Under the pieces are notes generated by a model, which worked only from the letters and a program-made list of their open reading frames with translations, ran no database searches and was not told where the DNA came from. The position numbers and the translations under genes were made by a program. This document shows positions 1-8,933 of a DNA stretch of 64,000 bases, piece by piece (position 1 is the stretch's first letter; each line of letters begins with the position of its first letter). Source of the stretch: a virus; IMG/VR virus record IMGVR_UViG_3300028800_000061, positions 32,001-96,000 of that record; one strand, given 5' to 3'.

Positions 1-23
1 TCGCAGGGCAGGGAGAGCGGTTC

Positions 24-221
24 GTGTACCGGATCGAGCGCGCTGGCAAAATCACCCCGCATCAAGCACGGCGCAACGCCGAAGCTGCGCTTGACCGAGC
101 CAGGGTTGCCGGGCTGATCGCAGTGGACCTCCTGCTGCATGTGGCCGGTGAACGCAGCTATGACAGGGCCAAACTGAACCAGGTAGCCGAGGACCTCGCG
201 GCAGCACTTAGAAAGGAATGA
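24..221 (+). CDS. hypothetical protein
   Basis: ORF leads into tightly packed + strand operon; start may lie upstream. Confidence 0.5.
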   Translation: MYRIERAGKITPHQARRNAEAALDRARVAGLIAVDLLLHVAGERSYDRAKLNQVAEDLAAALRKE

Positions 222-227
222 GCAGAA

Positions 228-836
228 ATGCCACACCCTCCCATATTCAAGAATGCGTCACCAGTGCCGACCTGGGATCTCGGATCTGCACCATCCGTGC
301 TGATGGCCCGGTGGGGCAAAGATCACTGGACCACCTTCGCTTACATCGAAACGCGATGGGTGGACCACCGCGGGATGCTCGACCATGACCGCATGCGCTG
401 CGACAGGCGGCGGCACCCGGTCTTGTACTCAGCTAAGCGTCGCGTGATCGCGTTCAGTACTGACGCCGACGCCGCCCGGTACCCGACACGGCTGAAAACC
501 GAGAAACCTGACGGGGACGGCCGCTGGGGGGTTGCGGAGCTCGCAGGCCACGACGACTACGACTGCCTGAACGACGCAATCACCGCCGGCCTGATCGCAG
601 CGATCATGCCCCGCCCAATGCCTGGTGACTTCTTCCTGGATGCACGGGACCAAGGTGTCCGTGTGGCAGGCGGTGAGCTGGTCCGGCCGCCGGTCACAGG
701 CATGACCGAGATGTGGTTGATGACCGCCGCATCGTTCAACCTCACCGAGCACGGCCAGGCTGTCGCGGGGGAGTTGCGCGCACATTTGGCGGCCCGCCGG
801 CCCGCACACCAGTTCATGCCGTCCGGGGAGTTCTGA
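228..836 (+). CDS. phage hypothetical protein
   Basis: AAGGA RBS; ordinary protein composition (WGKDHW...YPTRLK...HDDYDC); stop overlaps next ATG. Confidence 0.75.
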   Translation: MPHPPIFKNASPVPTWDLGSAPSVLMARWGKDHWTTFAYIETRWVDHRGMLDHDRMRCDRRRHPVLYSAKRRVIAFSTDADAARYPTRLKTEKPDGDGRWGVAELAGHDDYDCLNDAITAGLIAAIMPRPMPGDFFLDARDQGVRVAGGELVRPPVTGMTEMWLMTAASFNLTEHGQAVAGELRAHLAARRPAHQFMPSGEF

Positions 837-1282
837 TGGCTGATCCGATCCGGTCGGTGGACTTGTTCGCTGCGGCGATCGCCGCGATGGGACGCGGCGA
901 GAACCCGCTCAGCGACACGTTCTTCGCCACCCACCAAGTGAGCGGCCTTGAGGGTGCGGCGCTCGCTGGTCACATAGCTCAGGGGGCAGTGCTCAGCACC
1001 TGGGTGATCAACCATCCTGAGCAAGCGAGCGCCATGTTCATCCGAGTGGCGCTCGCCGTGGATGACGCCAAGCATGTGTGCCACGCAGCCGGTTGCCGCA
1101 CCCCGGTGCATCCGAAGATGTTCATGTGCCGGCCGCATTGGTTCCGGTTGCCGAAACCAATGCGGGACGCGATCTGGGCGGCGTACCGGCCCGGGCAGGA
1201 GATCCGCAAAGACCCATCCCCGGAGTACATCAAAGCAGCCAGGGCGGCCATCGATCACATCGCCCAGTTGGAGGCGGCGTGA
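836..1282 (+). CDS. hypothetical protein with C-terminal Cys/His zinc motif
   Basis: TGATG coupling; HxCxxxGC...MCxxHW motif. Confidence 0.7.
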   Translation: MADPIRSVDLFAAAIAAMGRGENPLSDTFFATHQVSGLEGAALAGHIAQGAVLSTWVINHPEQASAMFIRVALAVDDAKHVCHAAGCRTPVHPKMFMCRPHWFRLPKPMRDAIWAAYRPGQEIRKDPSPEYIKAARAAIDHIAQLEAA

Positions 1283-1512
1283 CCGGGCCCAGGCAGCCGA
1301 CACCGCCCCGGCGGCCGCGACGGAGCGAGAGCAGCACGCTCGCGCCTGGTGTGGTGGATATCCGGCTGACCGGCGCACCGGAAGATCTAGCCGCGGTCGC
1401 CTCGCGCATAGGCGGCCTGTTCGATGTGGTGAAGCAATCCGGCCAGTACGCGAACGATGGCGGCCGGGCCATGCGGGTGTATATCACCATCCGAAGGGAC
1501 AGCAGCGAATGA
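1279..1512 (+). CDS. small hypothetical protein
   Basis: GTGA/ATGA overlaps with both neighbours. Confidence 0.65.
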   Translation: MTGPRQPTPPRRPRRSESSTLAPGVVDIRLTGAPEDLAAVASRIGGLFDVVKQSGQYANDGGRAMRVYITIRRDSSE

Positions 1513-2090
1513 TCGAAAACCTGCCCATAGACGCCACTGATTTGATCGCCGACGCGTACGGCATCCAGAGACGACCGCGTTACCGAGTAATCCCGCAAAC
1601 CGTTGGCTTGGCCACCGCACTGCTGGTCGCACAGAACGTCACCCGCCGGCAGGCTATTGGTATCGGCCGACCGCGCCGCCATCCTGCTGTTGACGCCGCC
1701 CTGTGCGAGGCTGCGGAAGCGTTCGCACTGGTGCTCGGCTTCGAGTCGCCTGCCGGGTGGCGCGGCGGCGCTCTCGCATCCCTGAGCAGCTTGCTCGGCT
1801 CGGGCTTGCTCGTCGAAAGTCACATGTTCTGGGTGACCGAGGATCGGGCCCGGAGGGATGTGAGGGACTGGGCGGCCGGCGTTGCGCCTGCCGGATTGTT
1901 TCCCTCCGCGTTCGATGTCTTGACCGCCAATCTGCTATCGCACCGGCCGCTGATGGCCAGCTGGGATTGCATCCACGAACGGACCGGGGTAACCCGCGAA
2001 CTGCGCTGCGATTTGCAAGGCCACGATTTCCGCGCCCACCGGGATGTCCGCCACCCCGGATGCTTCCCGGATGTGCCGGTGCCGCAGTGA
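1509..2090 (+). CDS. hypothetical protein
   Basis: ATGA/GTGA overlaps with neighbours. Confidence 0.65.
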   Translation: MIENLPIDATDLIADAYGIQRRPRYRVIPQTVGLATALLVAQNVTRRQAIGIGRPRRHPAVDAALCEAAEAFALVLGFESPAGWRGGALASLSSLLGSGLLVESHMFWVTEDRARRDVRDWAAGVAPAGLFPSAFDVLTANLLSHRPLMASWDCIHERTGVTRELRCDLQGHDFRAHRDVRHPGCFPDVPVPQ

Positions 2091-2272
2091 TCGGCCGGAC
2101 ATACCTTGAGCGCGGCCAGCCGGTCACCGTGCTGGTCCGCTGGCGAAAGGGCGCACGATGCCCGCGCAACGTGCTTATCAAACGCCCCGATGGAAGCCAG
2201 GTTGTGCGACCTTTTCGCGGGCTGCGCCGAGGAAGGAGAACTCTGATTGATGGCGCTAACCCAGGTAGCTGA
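2087..2272 (+). CDS. small hypothetical protein
   Basis: GTGA overlap; PRNVLIKRPDGSQVVRPFRG. Confidence 0.6.
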   Translation: MIGRTYLERGQPVTVLVRWRKGARCPRNVLIKRPDGSQVVRPFRGLRRGRRTLIDGANPGS

Positions 2273-2552
2273 CCTCTTGGCGGCGGCACGGGAACGCAGC
2301 GAACGCCCGCTGCTTCATGCCGGTGCGCTGCCCATCTCCAACGATGCCGTCCGGTGCCTGATGGAGTCGGCCGCCGATGTTCCCTGCCTCCTCGCTGCCG
2401 TAGAGGCCGCTCACCGGCCAGTGAGCGGGCGTTGCGCATGGTGCCGGGAAGCGGGCGGGCAGCGGATGAAGTGGCCATGCGGCGAATACCAGGCCATCTC
2501 TCGTGCCCTTCTAGGTGAATTTGAAGCGGAGGAGGCCGGCCGTGCCCATTAG
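2250..2552 (+). CDS. hypothetical protein
   Basis: AAGGAG RBS; CxxC...WPC motif. Confidence 0.6.
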   Translation: MALTQVADLLAAARERSERPLLHAGALPISNDAVRCLMESAADVPCLLAAVEAAHRPVSGRCAWCREAGGQRMKWPCGEYQAISRALLGEFEAEEAGRAH

Positions 2553-2958
2553 CCAGATCGCCGGCGGTTGCTGGGTGCTCGGCGCTGTCAACGACGCCGA
2601 GTGGGTGCCGCATTTCATATCCGATGCAAGTGTCAGGGAGTGGGCACGAGCCAACGAGCCCGAGTCGCTGGCCACGATCAGGCAGCTTGCTGAGCCGTGC
2701 TGGACCGCTGTGTGTGACGGCCCTGGCGTTGGTCCTTCTGATGTCTGCGGGGTCGAGTTCGAGGACGGCGAAGGCGGTAACCACGGGCCCAGCCGGACAG
2801 TAACTGAGGACTGGATCGCCGCCCACGGCTGGCTGGTGCTCCGCGATGGAACCGTGTTCGGGTTGTGCTGTGAGGATGACTGGCCGCCAGCCAACCCGCC
2901 CGCAACCGTGTCACCTGGCCAACTCACCCTCGACGACCAGGATGTAGCCGATGCCTGA
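2542..2958 (+). CDS. hypothetical protein
   Basis: GGAGG RBS before GTG. Confidence 0.6.
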   Translation: MPISQIAGGCWVLGAVNDAEWVPHFISDASVREWARANEPESLATIRQLAEPCWTAVCDGPGVGPSDVCGVEFEDGEGGNHGPSRTVTEDWIAAHGWLVLRDGTVFGLCCEDDWPPANPPATVSPGQLTLDDQDVADA

Positions 2959-3142
2959 CCACGAGAGCAAACCGCAGTGGTGGGAGAAGCCGGAGGGAAA
3001 GCGGTGGACCCGCGGCCGGTGGGAGTTCTACCGCGATCGCCGTGACTGGTTCATCGGGATGTTCCGGCCAGGCCCGCCCCGTGGGACGTATTTCGTGTTC
3101 TTCACCTTGGTCGCGAAGAAGAACCACCGGGCGGCAGCATGA
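2951..3142 (+). CDS. small hypothetical protein
   Basis: overlaps both neighbours in operon. Confidence 0.55.
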   Translation: MPDHESKPQWWEKPEGKRWTRGRWEFYRDRRDWFIGMFRPGPPRGTYFVFFTLVAKKNHRAAA

Positions 3143-3786
3143 GCCAGCCAGCCGGGGCGGAACCTCTGAATCTGCTTGTGGTCCTTGAGGAAATCAAACG
3201 GGAGCAGCCAGCGCCGTGCATCCACCACTCACCAGCTCGCGGGCTGTTCGCCCGGGCGGCCGAGTTTGAGGCGTGGCAGGAGCAGCACGGCGGGTTCGGG
3301 TCGTACAGCCGGTCACACGCGTGGCATCCGGCGATCATCGCCCCGACCGACCCCGCAGGTCGTTGCCAGCCAACTCTGCTATCAGCGGACATCCGCATCG
3401 CGCACGGACTCGATGTCAACCGGGAGCGCGCTTGCGCATGCGAGGAAACCAACCGGCTGATGTACAAGGGTGCCTGCTGCGGGTGCGAGTGGGAGGGCAC
3501 GGCCCGCGATCACGAGAACAGTGCGGTAGAGGACGCGTGCGATCACTCGTGGCCGGGTTGGCGTGATCTGCCGACAGTGCCCAGAATGCCATCGGAGAAC
3601 GGGCCGAGGGACAAGTTCGCCCGGGACCGGTGGACTGAGCATGTGAACGGGCTGTATCCGCCCGGGTGGCTGGAAGCGGGCGGCCCGATCCGCACTGTCC
3701 GCCGGCCGGCCGAATCTCGGCATGTTGAGGGCGGCACCCAGTTCGGCGGGTACGACATGAACGCCGGCCAGCGGACAGTGACCTGA
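3139..3786 (+). CDS. DUF6349-like protein
   Basis: ENxAVE..DH.WPGWRDLP, PIRT.R...RHV....GGYD motifs recalled from the family. Confidence 0.6.
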   Translation: MSQPAGAEPLNLLVVLEEIKREQPAPCIHHSPARGLFARAAEFEAWQEQHGGFGSYSRSHAWHPAIIAPTDPAGRCQPTLLSADIRIAHGLDVNRERACACEETNRLMYKGACCGCEWEGTARDHENSAVEDACDHSWPGWRDLPTVPRMPSENGPRDKFARDRWTEHVNGLYPPGWLEAGGPIRTVRRPAESRHVEGGTQFGGYDMNAGQRTVT

Positions 3787-4838
3787 TGGCACCTGGTGGA
3801 ACTCTCACCATCACGCCCTCGGCCGCGCCTGCGGAGCCGATCCAGGGGGAGCTGTTTCCCCGCGAGGACCCCGAGCCGGACCTGGCCAGTTACGACATCA
3901 TCCTGGCGAACATCTCCGGCGGGAAAGACTCCCAGACGATGCTGCGGCAACTGGTCGCGGCGTGCACCGCCGCCGGGGTGCCGTTGGACCGGATCGTGTG
4001 CGTGTTCGCCGATCTCGGCAAGGATGACGAGTGGCCAGGCACGGAGGAAATCGCCCGGTTGCACGCGGAGCACTACGGGCTGCGGTTCATCACGGTCTGC
4101 AGGACGATCGCAGACCGGGTGACCGGCGAGCGGCGGCAGCAAGGACTGCTCGAGTACATCCTTCACCGTGGCATGTGGCCGGATGCGAAAAACCGGTTCT
4201 GCACCAGCGACCTGAAACGCGGCCCGATCTTGACTGTCATGACCCGCTTGGTCGGTGAAGTGCGGGCGTCGTGGCGGGTGATGCTGCCAGGTGCCCGGCG
4301 TTGCCGGCCGCGGCGGGTGCGGGTGCTCAACGTGATGGGCCTCCGCGCGCAGGAGAGTGTCACCCGGCGCCTCATGGCGCCGTTCGAGCACGACGAGAAG
4401 TCCAGCAACCAGACCTGCCGGCATGTGGATGAGTGGCTGCCGATCCACCGGTGGACTGCCGGCCAGGTGTGGGCTGATATTCACGCCAGCGGTGTCCCTT
4501 ACCACTTCGCCTATGACCTCGGCATGCCCCGCTTGTCGTGCGTTTTCTGTGTGCTGGCATCCGGGTCGGCGCTGGTTCTCGCCGCCCGGCACCACCCGGA
4601 CGGTGCACGGAAACGCCTGCTCGTTGAGCGCATATTCGCTTGGCGACGGCTCCGGTCGGTCACCGCGGTCATCCTCGCGGCCAGCAACGGCACGGTGTCA
4701 ACAACAACCGCGGTGTTCATGATCAAACGGGTCATGCGGTCCGGTCCGACGTTCCAGAACGGCCGGTCGATGGCGGATGTCATAGCGCGGGCGGCGGCTG
4801 AGCCCGCTGGCAGGCCGGTCCAGGACTGGGCGGCTTGA
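3786..4838 (+). CDS. PAPS reductase family (PP-loop) protein
   Basis: SGGKDS PP-loop, RFCTSDLK, GLRAQES, RLSCVFC. Confidence 0.85.
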   Translation: MAPGGTLTITPSAAPAEPIQGELFPREDPEPDLASYDIILANISGGKDSQTMLRQLVAACTAAGVPLDRIVCVFADLGKDDEWPGTEEIARLHAEHYGLRFITVCRTIADRVTGERRQQGLLEYILHRGMWPDAKNRFCTSDLKRGPILTVMTRLVGEVRASWRVMLPGARRCRPRRVRVLNVMGLRAQESVTRRLMAPFEHDEKSSNQTCRHVDEWLPIHRWTAGQVWADIHASGVPYHFAYDLGMPRLSCVFCVLASGSALVLAARHHPDGARKRLLVERIFAWRRLRSVTAVILAASNGTVSTTTAVFMIKRVMRSGPTFQNGRSMADVIARAAAEPAGRPVQDWAA

Positions 4839-4972
4839 CCGGCAGGCGCACGGGAAGGTCGCAGCGGGTGGGGGACTTATGGCATCATCTGGGACATCCG
4901 GGGGGATAAAGGACAGGTGGCAGTTCGCGTGCACAGGCAGATCTCAGTTGGCCCACGACATGGGGGCGCGTT

Positions 4973-5428
4973 ATGGGCGACAGCCCCGCCCCCATCATTG
5001 ATGCGGAGCGGGCGGCGAGCATCGCCCGGCTGCGGGAGAACCGGGACCGGCTCACCGCCCAGATCGCAGCGATAGATGCCGAGCTGGCCGCGAGCAGCGT
5101 GAACTTGCTACTCGAGCAGCGGGCCGCACTCAACACTGAGATCACCCGGGTGAACAGGGCGTTGAAAGCGCTGGGTGCGCCGATCTCCGATAGGCGGCTG
5201 CGCGGATCCAAAGGCGGCCCGACCGATCTGATCCGCCAGTTCGCCCCGCCCGGTCACCGCGGCGATTTCACAGCGCAGGATGTTGCGGCATCCCCGTTTG
5301 CTGCCGGGTGGCGGACCCGCGCCCAGGATCCGGTTCTGGCGATCAACCATGCGCTGAACCGGCTGGCGGAAACAGGTGAGTATGAGCGGACCGGGGTCAA
5401 AGGCTGGTACCGCCGGTCAGCATCATGA
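4973..5428 (+). CDS. hypothetical protein, coiled-coil plus probable winged helix
   Basis: heptad N-terminus; C-terminal AINHALNRL...GWY wing. Confidence 0.65.
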   Translation: MGDSPAPIIDAERAASIARLRENRDRLTAQIAAIDAELAASSVNLLLEQRAALNTEITRVNRALKALGAPISDRRLRGSKGGPTDLIRQFAPPGHRGDFTAQDVAASPFAAGWRTRAQDPVLAINHALNRLAETGEYERTGVKGWYRRSAS

Positions 5429-5853
5429 CCGGAACGCATGCAGATCCTGATCCGGCGCTGACCGCAGCCCGGCGTGCCGACCTCATCCACAGCCTGCACT
5501 CGTACAGGGCTCACCTGCTGCAAGAGCTGGCTATCACGACGGCAGCTATCGAACAGTACGGCGCGGTCAAAGTACCGCGCGCCCAACCGCATCCGGCCCG
5601 CCGGGGAACTATCACACTGCTGCGCGCTTACATCGCAACCAATCCCGGGCGTATAACTGAGGCGGCCGCGTACGAGTGGCTGCAGCGGCACGGCTGGGAA
5701 AGCGCCGCTAATGACAGGCACGCCGCGGTGAGCACAGGCTTGGCTAACTTCGCCACGTGGGGGCATCTCGTGAGGACACGCCAGGGTGTATATGAAACTC
5801 CAGCAGCGATTGTGGCCGCGCACCAGGCTGCTGATGCCAATCGGCCTGTGTGA
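5425..5853 (+). CDS. hypothetical protein, probable winged helix
   Basis: ATGA overlap; AVSTGL...GHLVRTRQGVY, same architecture as upstream gene. Confidence 0.65.
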   Translation: MTGTHADPDPALTAARRADLIHSLHSYRAHLLQELAITTAAIEQYGAVKVPRAQPHPARRGTITLLRAYIATNPGRITEAAAYEWLQRHGWESAANDRHAAVSTGLANFATWGHLVRTRQGVYETPAAIVAAHQAADANRPV

Positions 5854-6012
5854 GAGCTGCGGCTGATAGCACGCGAACACCCCCAGGAAGGCCGGAACGC
5901 CCTTCACCCCGTCCTGGCCAGGGCAAGCCAATTCGTGTCATCGTGCGTTACGATAGGCAGATCGCACGACATCGAATGGTCTGGCACTAACCGCCTCAGG
6001 GGGACGGCACTC

Positions 6013-6354
6013 ATGGCCCAGAAAGTTCTGGTAACTAGCCTCTGCGACCTGCCGCACGATGGCGCAGAGATCGACGCGGCAAACAGGATCGAGTTCGGAT
6101 GGGGGGGCTTGTCCTACGAGCTTGACAGCTGCGACTCGCATGCGAAGGAAATCACGGGGGAGTTTGAAGGGCTGATCGCGTCCGCCCGTCAAGTATCCGC
6201 GAAACGCCCGCCGTTGAAGCGGACCACGAAAACCCGCAAGCACGATGCGGCTGTCCGTGAGTGGGCGGCGGCGATGGGGTACAAGATCAGTGACCGGGGC
6301 CGGATCCCCGCGCATATCCTTTCCGATTACGCCCGCGAGCACCCAGGGGAGTAA
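6013..6354 (+). CDS. lsr2: Lsr2 nucleoid-associated protein
   Basis: MAQKV..D, F..G..YELD, VREWA...G..ISDRGRIP. Confidence 0.92.
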   Translation: MAQKVLVTSLCDLPHDGAEIDAANRIEFGWGGLSYELDSCDSHAKEITGEFEGLIASARQVSAKRPPLKRTTKTRKHDAAVREWAAAMGYKISDRGRIPAHILSDYAREHPGE

Positions 6355-6359
6355 CTGTC

Positions 6360-6539
6360 ATGGCCGTCCAGGGCAGCGAGCCGGATCTTGATCCGCGTAT
6401 CATCAGCGCTTTGCACCGTATCGAGATACGTACGCCGGGGACTGCGGCGGAAGCCCGGCGCGCTGCCCTGGCCGAGTTGCCGCGGCTTCTCCGCGAGTTG
6501 AGCGAGCTTGATGCGGCCACCAGCCCGCCCAGCGGATAA
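6360..6539 (+). CDS. small hypothetical protein (59 aa)
   Basis: GGGGAG RBS; ends at hairpin. Confidence 0.45.
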   Translation: MAVQGSEPDLDPRIISALHRIEIRTPGTAAEARRAALAELPRLLRELSELDAATSPPSG

Positions 6540-6580
6540 GGGCACGCTGTGCGCTGCCAATACGCAGCGCACAGTGGCCC
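6540..6580 (+). terminator. hairpin closing the left operon
   Basis: CTGTGCGCTGC / GCAGCGCACAG inverted repeat; no U-tract. Confidence 0.5.
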
Positions 6581-6717
6581 GTGCGGCACCTTGAGGTCCA
6601 CACAGCACGACGACCATGGTGCACGCACGCAACTATGCGCTACTGCACCCGACGCCCGGAGGCGTGGCTTACAACACTGCACGGGTGAACTGCTCGCGGG
6701 AAGTAACACTAAACCAA

Positions 6718-6746
6718 TTGCATGCCAGTCCAAGATCATGTAGTCT
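6718..6746 (+). promoter_or_regulatory. principal sigma factor promoter for the tRNA array
   Basis: TTGCAT-17bp-TAGTCT in AT-richer intergenic DNA. Confidence 0.6.
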
Positions 6747-6969
6747 TAGTATCAGTCAATGATACAAGGTGGTCAAAGGGTGAAACCCGCAGCCAGGATC
6801 GCAGGATCCCTGCACCGGCACCAGCCGGCAGCGGGCGACCCTGCCCTGCGCTGGAATGGGATGGAGAAGGCCACCGGAGAGCCTTCCGGGTAGCACCAAG
6901 CTAACCGCGAAGGCCGCCCCCGGGACCAGGACCCGGCGGGCGGTTTTCTGTTAGCCGGAACAGTTTCAT

Positions 6970-7043
6970 AGGGATGTAGCTCAACTTGGTAGAGTAGCGG
7001 TCTCCAAAACCGCTGGTTGTGGGTTCGAATCCTGCCATCCCTG
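6970..7043 (+). tRNA. tRNA-Trp(CCA)
   Basis: cloverleaf; loop CT-CCA-AA. Confidence 0.95.
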
Positions 7044-7169
7044 CGGAGCACCACCCTTCGGGGGGAATGTGCCTGGCACACCTTGATAACTCCACAGCGG
7101 AAACACCATGATTAACCGTTCCCGTCGCGCGGCGTGGCCAGCCGGCCGGTCGCGCGACGGGAACACCAT

Positions 7170-7243
7170 GGGGCTTTAGCGCAGCCCGGTAGCGCGCCTC
7201 GTTCGCATCGAGGAGGCCGCCGGTTCGAATCCGGCAAGCTCCA
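7170..7243 (+). tRNA. tRNA-Ala(CGC)
   Basis: cloverleaf; G3:U70; loop TT-CGC-AT. Confidence 0.95.
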
Positions 7244-7321
7244 CGGCGGGAAGTTGAGGGTTCGAATCCCTCCTGGTCCACGCATTGGGCTGGTACCTCA
7301 ATTGGCAGAGGCCCGCATCTT
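7244..7321 (+). ncRNA. circularly permuted tRNA-like element (YrlA-like topology)
   Basis: T arm and 3' acceptor strand precede 5' acceptor strand and D arm; GCGGG/CCCGC closes the ends. Confidence 0.75.
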
Positions 7322-7394
7322 GGGACTGTAGCTCAGCTGGTAGAGCACCTGCTCGGCAGGCAGGGGGTCCGCGGTTCAAATCCGCGCAGTTCCA
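7322..7394 (+). tRNA. tRNA-Ala(GGC), C33
   Basis: cloverleaf; G3:U70; loop TC-GGC-AG. Confidence 0.92.
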
Positions 7395-7536
7395 CCGTCC
7401 CGGTTGCGGCATGCCGCACGATGGGGCAAGCGGTGTGCTGCCGCCAGCAACGTGTACGCAGTAAGGGCGAGCGGCCCGGAACTGGCTCCGTGACGACGGG
7501 GCAAAGCCGGGCGGCGGCAGTACGGGCCGTCTTTCA

Positions 7537-7613
7537 GGGGATGTAGCTCAGCTGGGTAGAGCAGCCGCCCTGCAAGCGGCAGGTCATCGGTTCGACTCCG
7601 TTCATCTCCACCA
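7537..7613 (+). tRNA. tRNA-Ala(TGC), C33, encoded CCA
   Basis: cloverleaf; loop CC-TGC-AA. Confidence 0.92.
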
Positions 7614-7709
7614 GGTGCCCGGTCTCGTGGCCTAAGCCGCCACGGGGCAGGCGGGCACCCCGTGGCCGGCGTGCCTCCCGGGTGGCTCCCGGGCCGCCGG
7701 CCACGTGAA

Positions 7710-7783
7710 CGGGATGTAGCGCAAGCTGGTAGCGCACCTGGTTTGGGACCAGGGGGTCGTCGGTTCGATTCCGGCCATCCCGA
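7710..7783 (+). tRNA. tRNA-Pro(TGG)
   Basis: cloverleaf; loop TT-TGG-GA. Confidence 0.95.
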
Positions 7784-7787
7784 CTAC

Positions 7788-7861
7788 GGCTACTTAGCTC
7801 AGTCGGTACGAGCGCGCCCCTGAAAAGGGCGAGGGCCCCCGTTCGATCCGGGGAGTAGCCA
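7788..7861 (+). tRNA. tRNA-Phe(GAA)
   Basis: cloverleaf; loop CT-GAA-AA. Confidence 0.93.
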
Positions 7862-7865
7862 CTGT

Positions 7866-7937
7866 GCGGGCGTGGCCGAATGGTTTAGGCACCTGGCTTC
7901 CAACCAGGACACGCAGGTTCGATTCCTGTCGCCCGCT
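7866..7937 (+). tRNA. tRNA-Gly(TCC)
   Basis: cloverleaf; loop CT-TCC-AA. Confidence 0.95.
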
Positions 7938-7941
7938 CTCC

Positions 7942-8014
7942 GCGCCGCTAGCTCATCTGGCAGAGCAGCAGACTCTTAATCTGCGGGTGCGGGGTTCGAG
8001 TCCCTGGCGGCGCA
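7942..8014 (+). tRNA. tRNA-Lys(CTT)
   Basis: cloverleaf; loop CT-CTT-AA. Confidence 0.95.
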
Positions 8015-8027
8015 CACAGAAACGGGG

Positions 8028-8567
8028 GTGAAGGCGATGAGGCCGGCGATCCTGATCGACGTGGATGAGGTCCTCAACCCCTCGTTCCGCTGCAACCCCC
8101 CGTACTGCCGGTGCCACCCCCACTGGATCCGGGCGTTCGCTTACGCCCGGGACGGGCAGAAACTCAAGCTGATCCTCAACCCGGCGCACGGCCCGGCCCT
8201 GCTGCAGCTGGCCGCCGACACGGGTGCGGAGCTCGCCTGGTGCACATCCTGGGAGGACCAGGCCAACGACGACATCGGACCCCGGATCGGCCTGCCCCGG
8301 CTGCCGGTGGTCCCGTACCCGCCCCGCCCGAAAACAGGCCCTGGCTCAGTACTGGCCGTGGGCGCGTGGAAAGCACGCCACGCCGTGGCATGGGCCGCAC
8401 GCCGCCCGTTCGCATGGTTCGAGGATGAGCCCGACGCGGGCCCGGAATGCTTCCGGCTCCTCGGTGCCGCACCGCACCTGGTGATACCGGTGGACCGCCG
8501 GACCGGGCTGACCGTGGGCCACATGAACGAGGCTTGGGACTGGCTGAGCGAGCTTACGCGGGCGTAA
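8028..8567 (+). CDS. HAD phosphatase of the Swiss-army-knife RNA repair type
   Basis: IDVDEVLN motif I, WCTSW, WK, FAWFEDE, GLT; start 8028 or 8037. Confidence 0.8.
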   Translation: MKAMRPAILIDVDEVLNPSFRCNPPYCRCHPHWIRAFAYARDGQKLKLILNPAHGPALLQLAADTGAELAWCTSWEDQANDDIGPRIGLPRLPVVPYPPRPKTGPGSVLAVGAWKARHAVAWAARRPFAWFEDEPDAGPECFRLLGAAPHLVIPVDRRTGLTVGHMNEAWDWLSELTRA

Positions 8568-8632
8568 CCCAATCTGGCAGAGGTGGCAGTCTCAAAAGCT
8601 GCACGGTGCGGGTTCGAGTCCCGCCGCCCGCA
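8558..8632 (+). tRNA. tRNA-Leu(CAA), short variable loop
   Basis: cloverleaf; loop CT-CAA-AA. Confidence 0.9.
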
Positions 8633-8633
8633 C

Positions 8634-8933
8634 TCACCTGACGAAGGTGAACATCTCGGTCAGGTGCAGGATATCGAGTAGCCGGCGGACAGCCTGTGAT
8701 GGTGCCCGCAACGCCAGCGTGCTGCCTGTCTCTGCCGCCAGTTGTCGGGCGGCGAGTAGCACGCGGATCCCTGATGCGTCCATGAATGACACTGCGGACA
8801 TGTCCGCGATCAGGTCAACCGGGCCGCCGTAGAGGACAGTGCTCATGGCGTTCCCCATGGCAGCGCAGGTGGCGATATCAATCTCGCCGGAGATGCGAAC
8901 TGTGGTGATGGTGGACAGCAGAAGGTCTGTCAT
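8634..8933 (-). CDS. STAS-domain anti-sigma factor antagonist
   Basis: GEIDIAT...DMSAVSFMDASGI...VRRLL. Confidence 0.88.
   Translation of the reverse strand: MTDLLLSTITTVRISGEIDIATCAAMGNAMSTVLYGGPVDLIADMSAVSFMDASGIRVLLAARQLAAETGSTLALRAPSQAVRRLLDILHLTEMFTFVR

Noticed and set aside
6753-6956. T-box or c-di-GMP riboswitch in the array leader
   Set aside because: No GGTGGTACCGCG T-box; only a GAAA-like hairpin without the other consensus elements.
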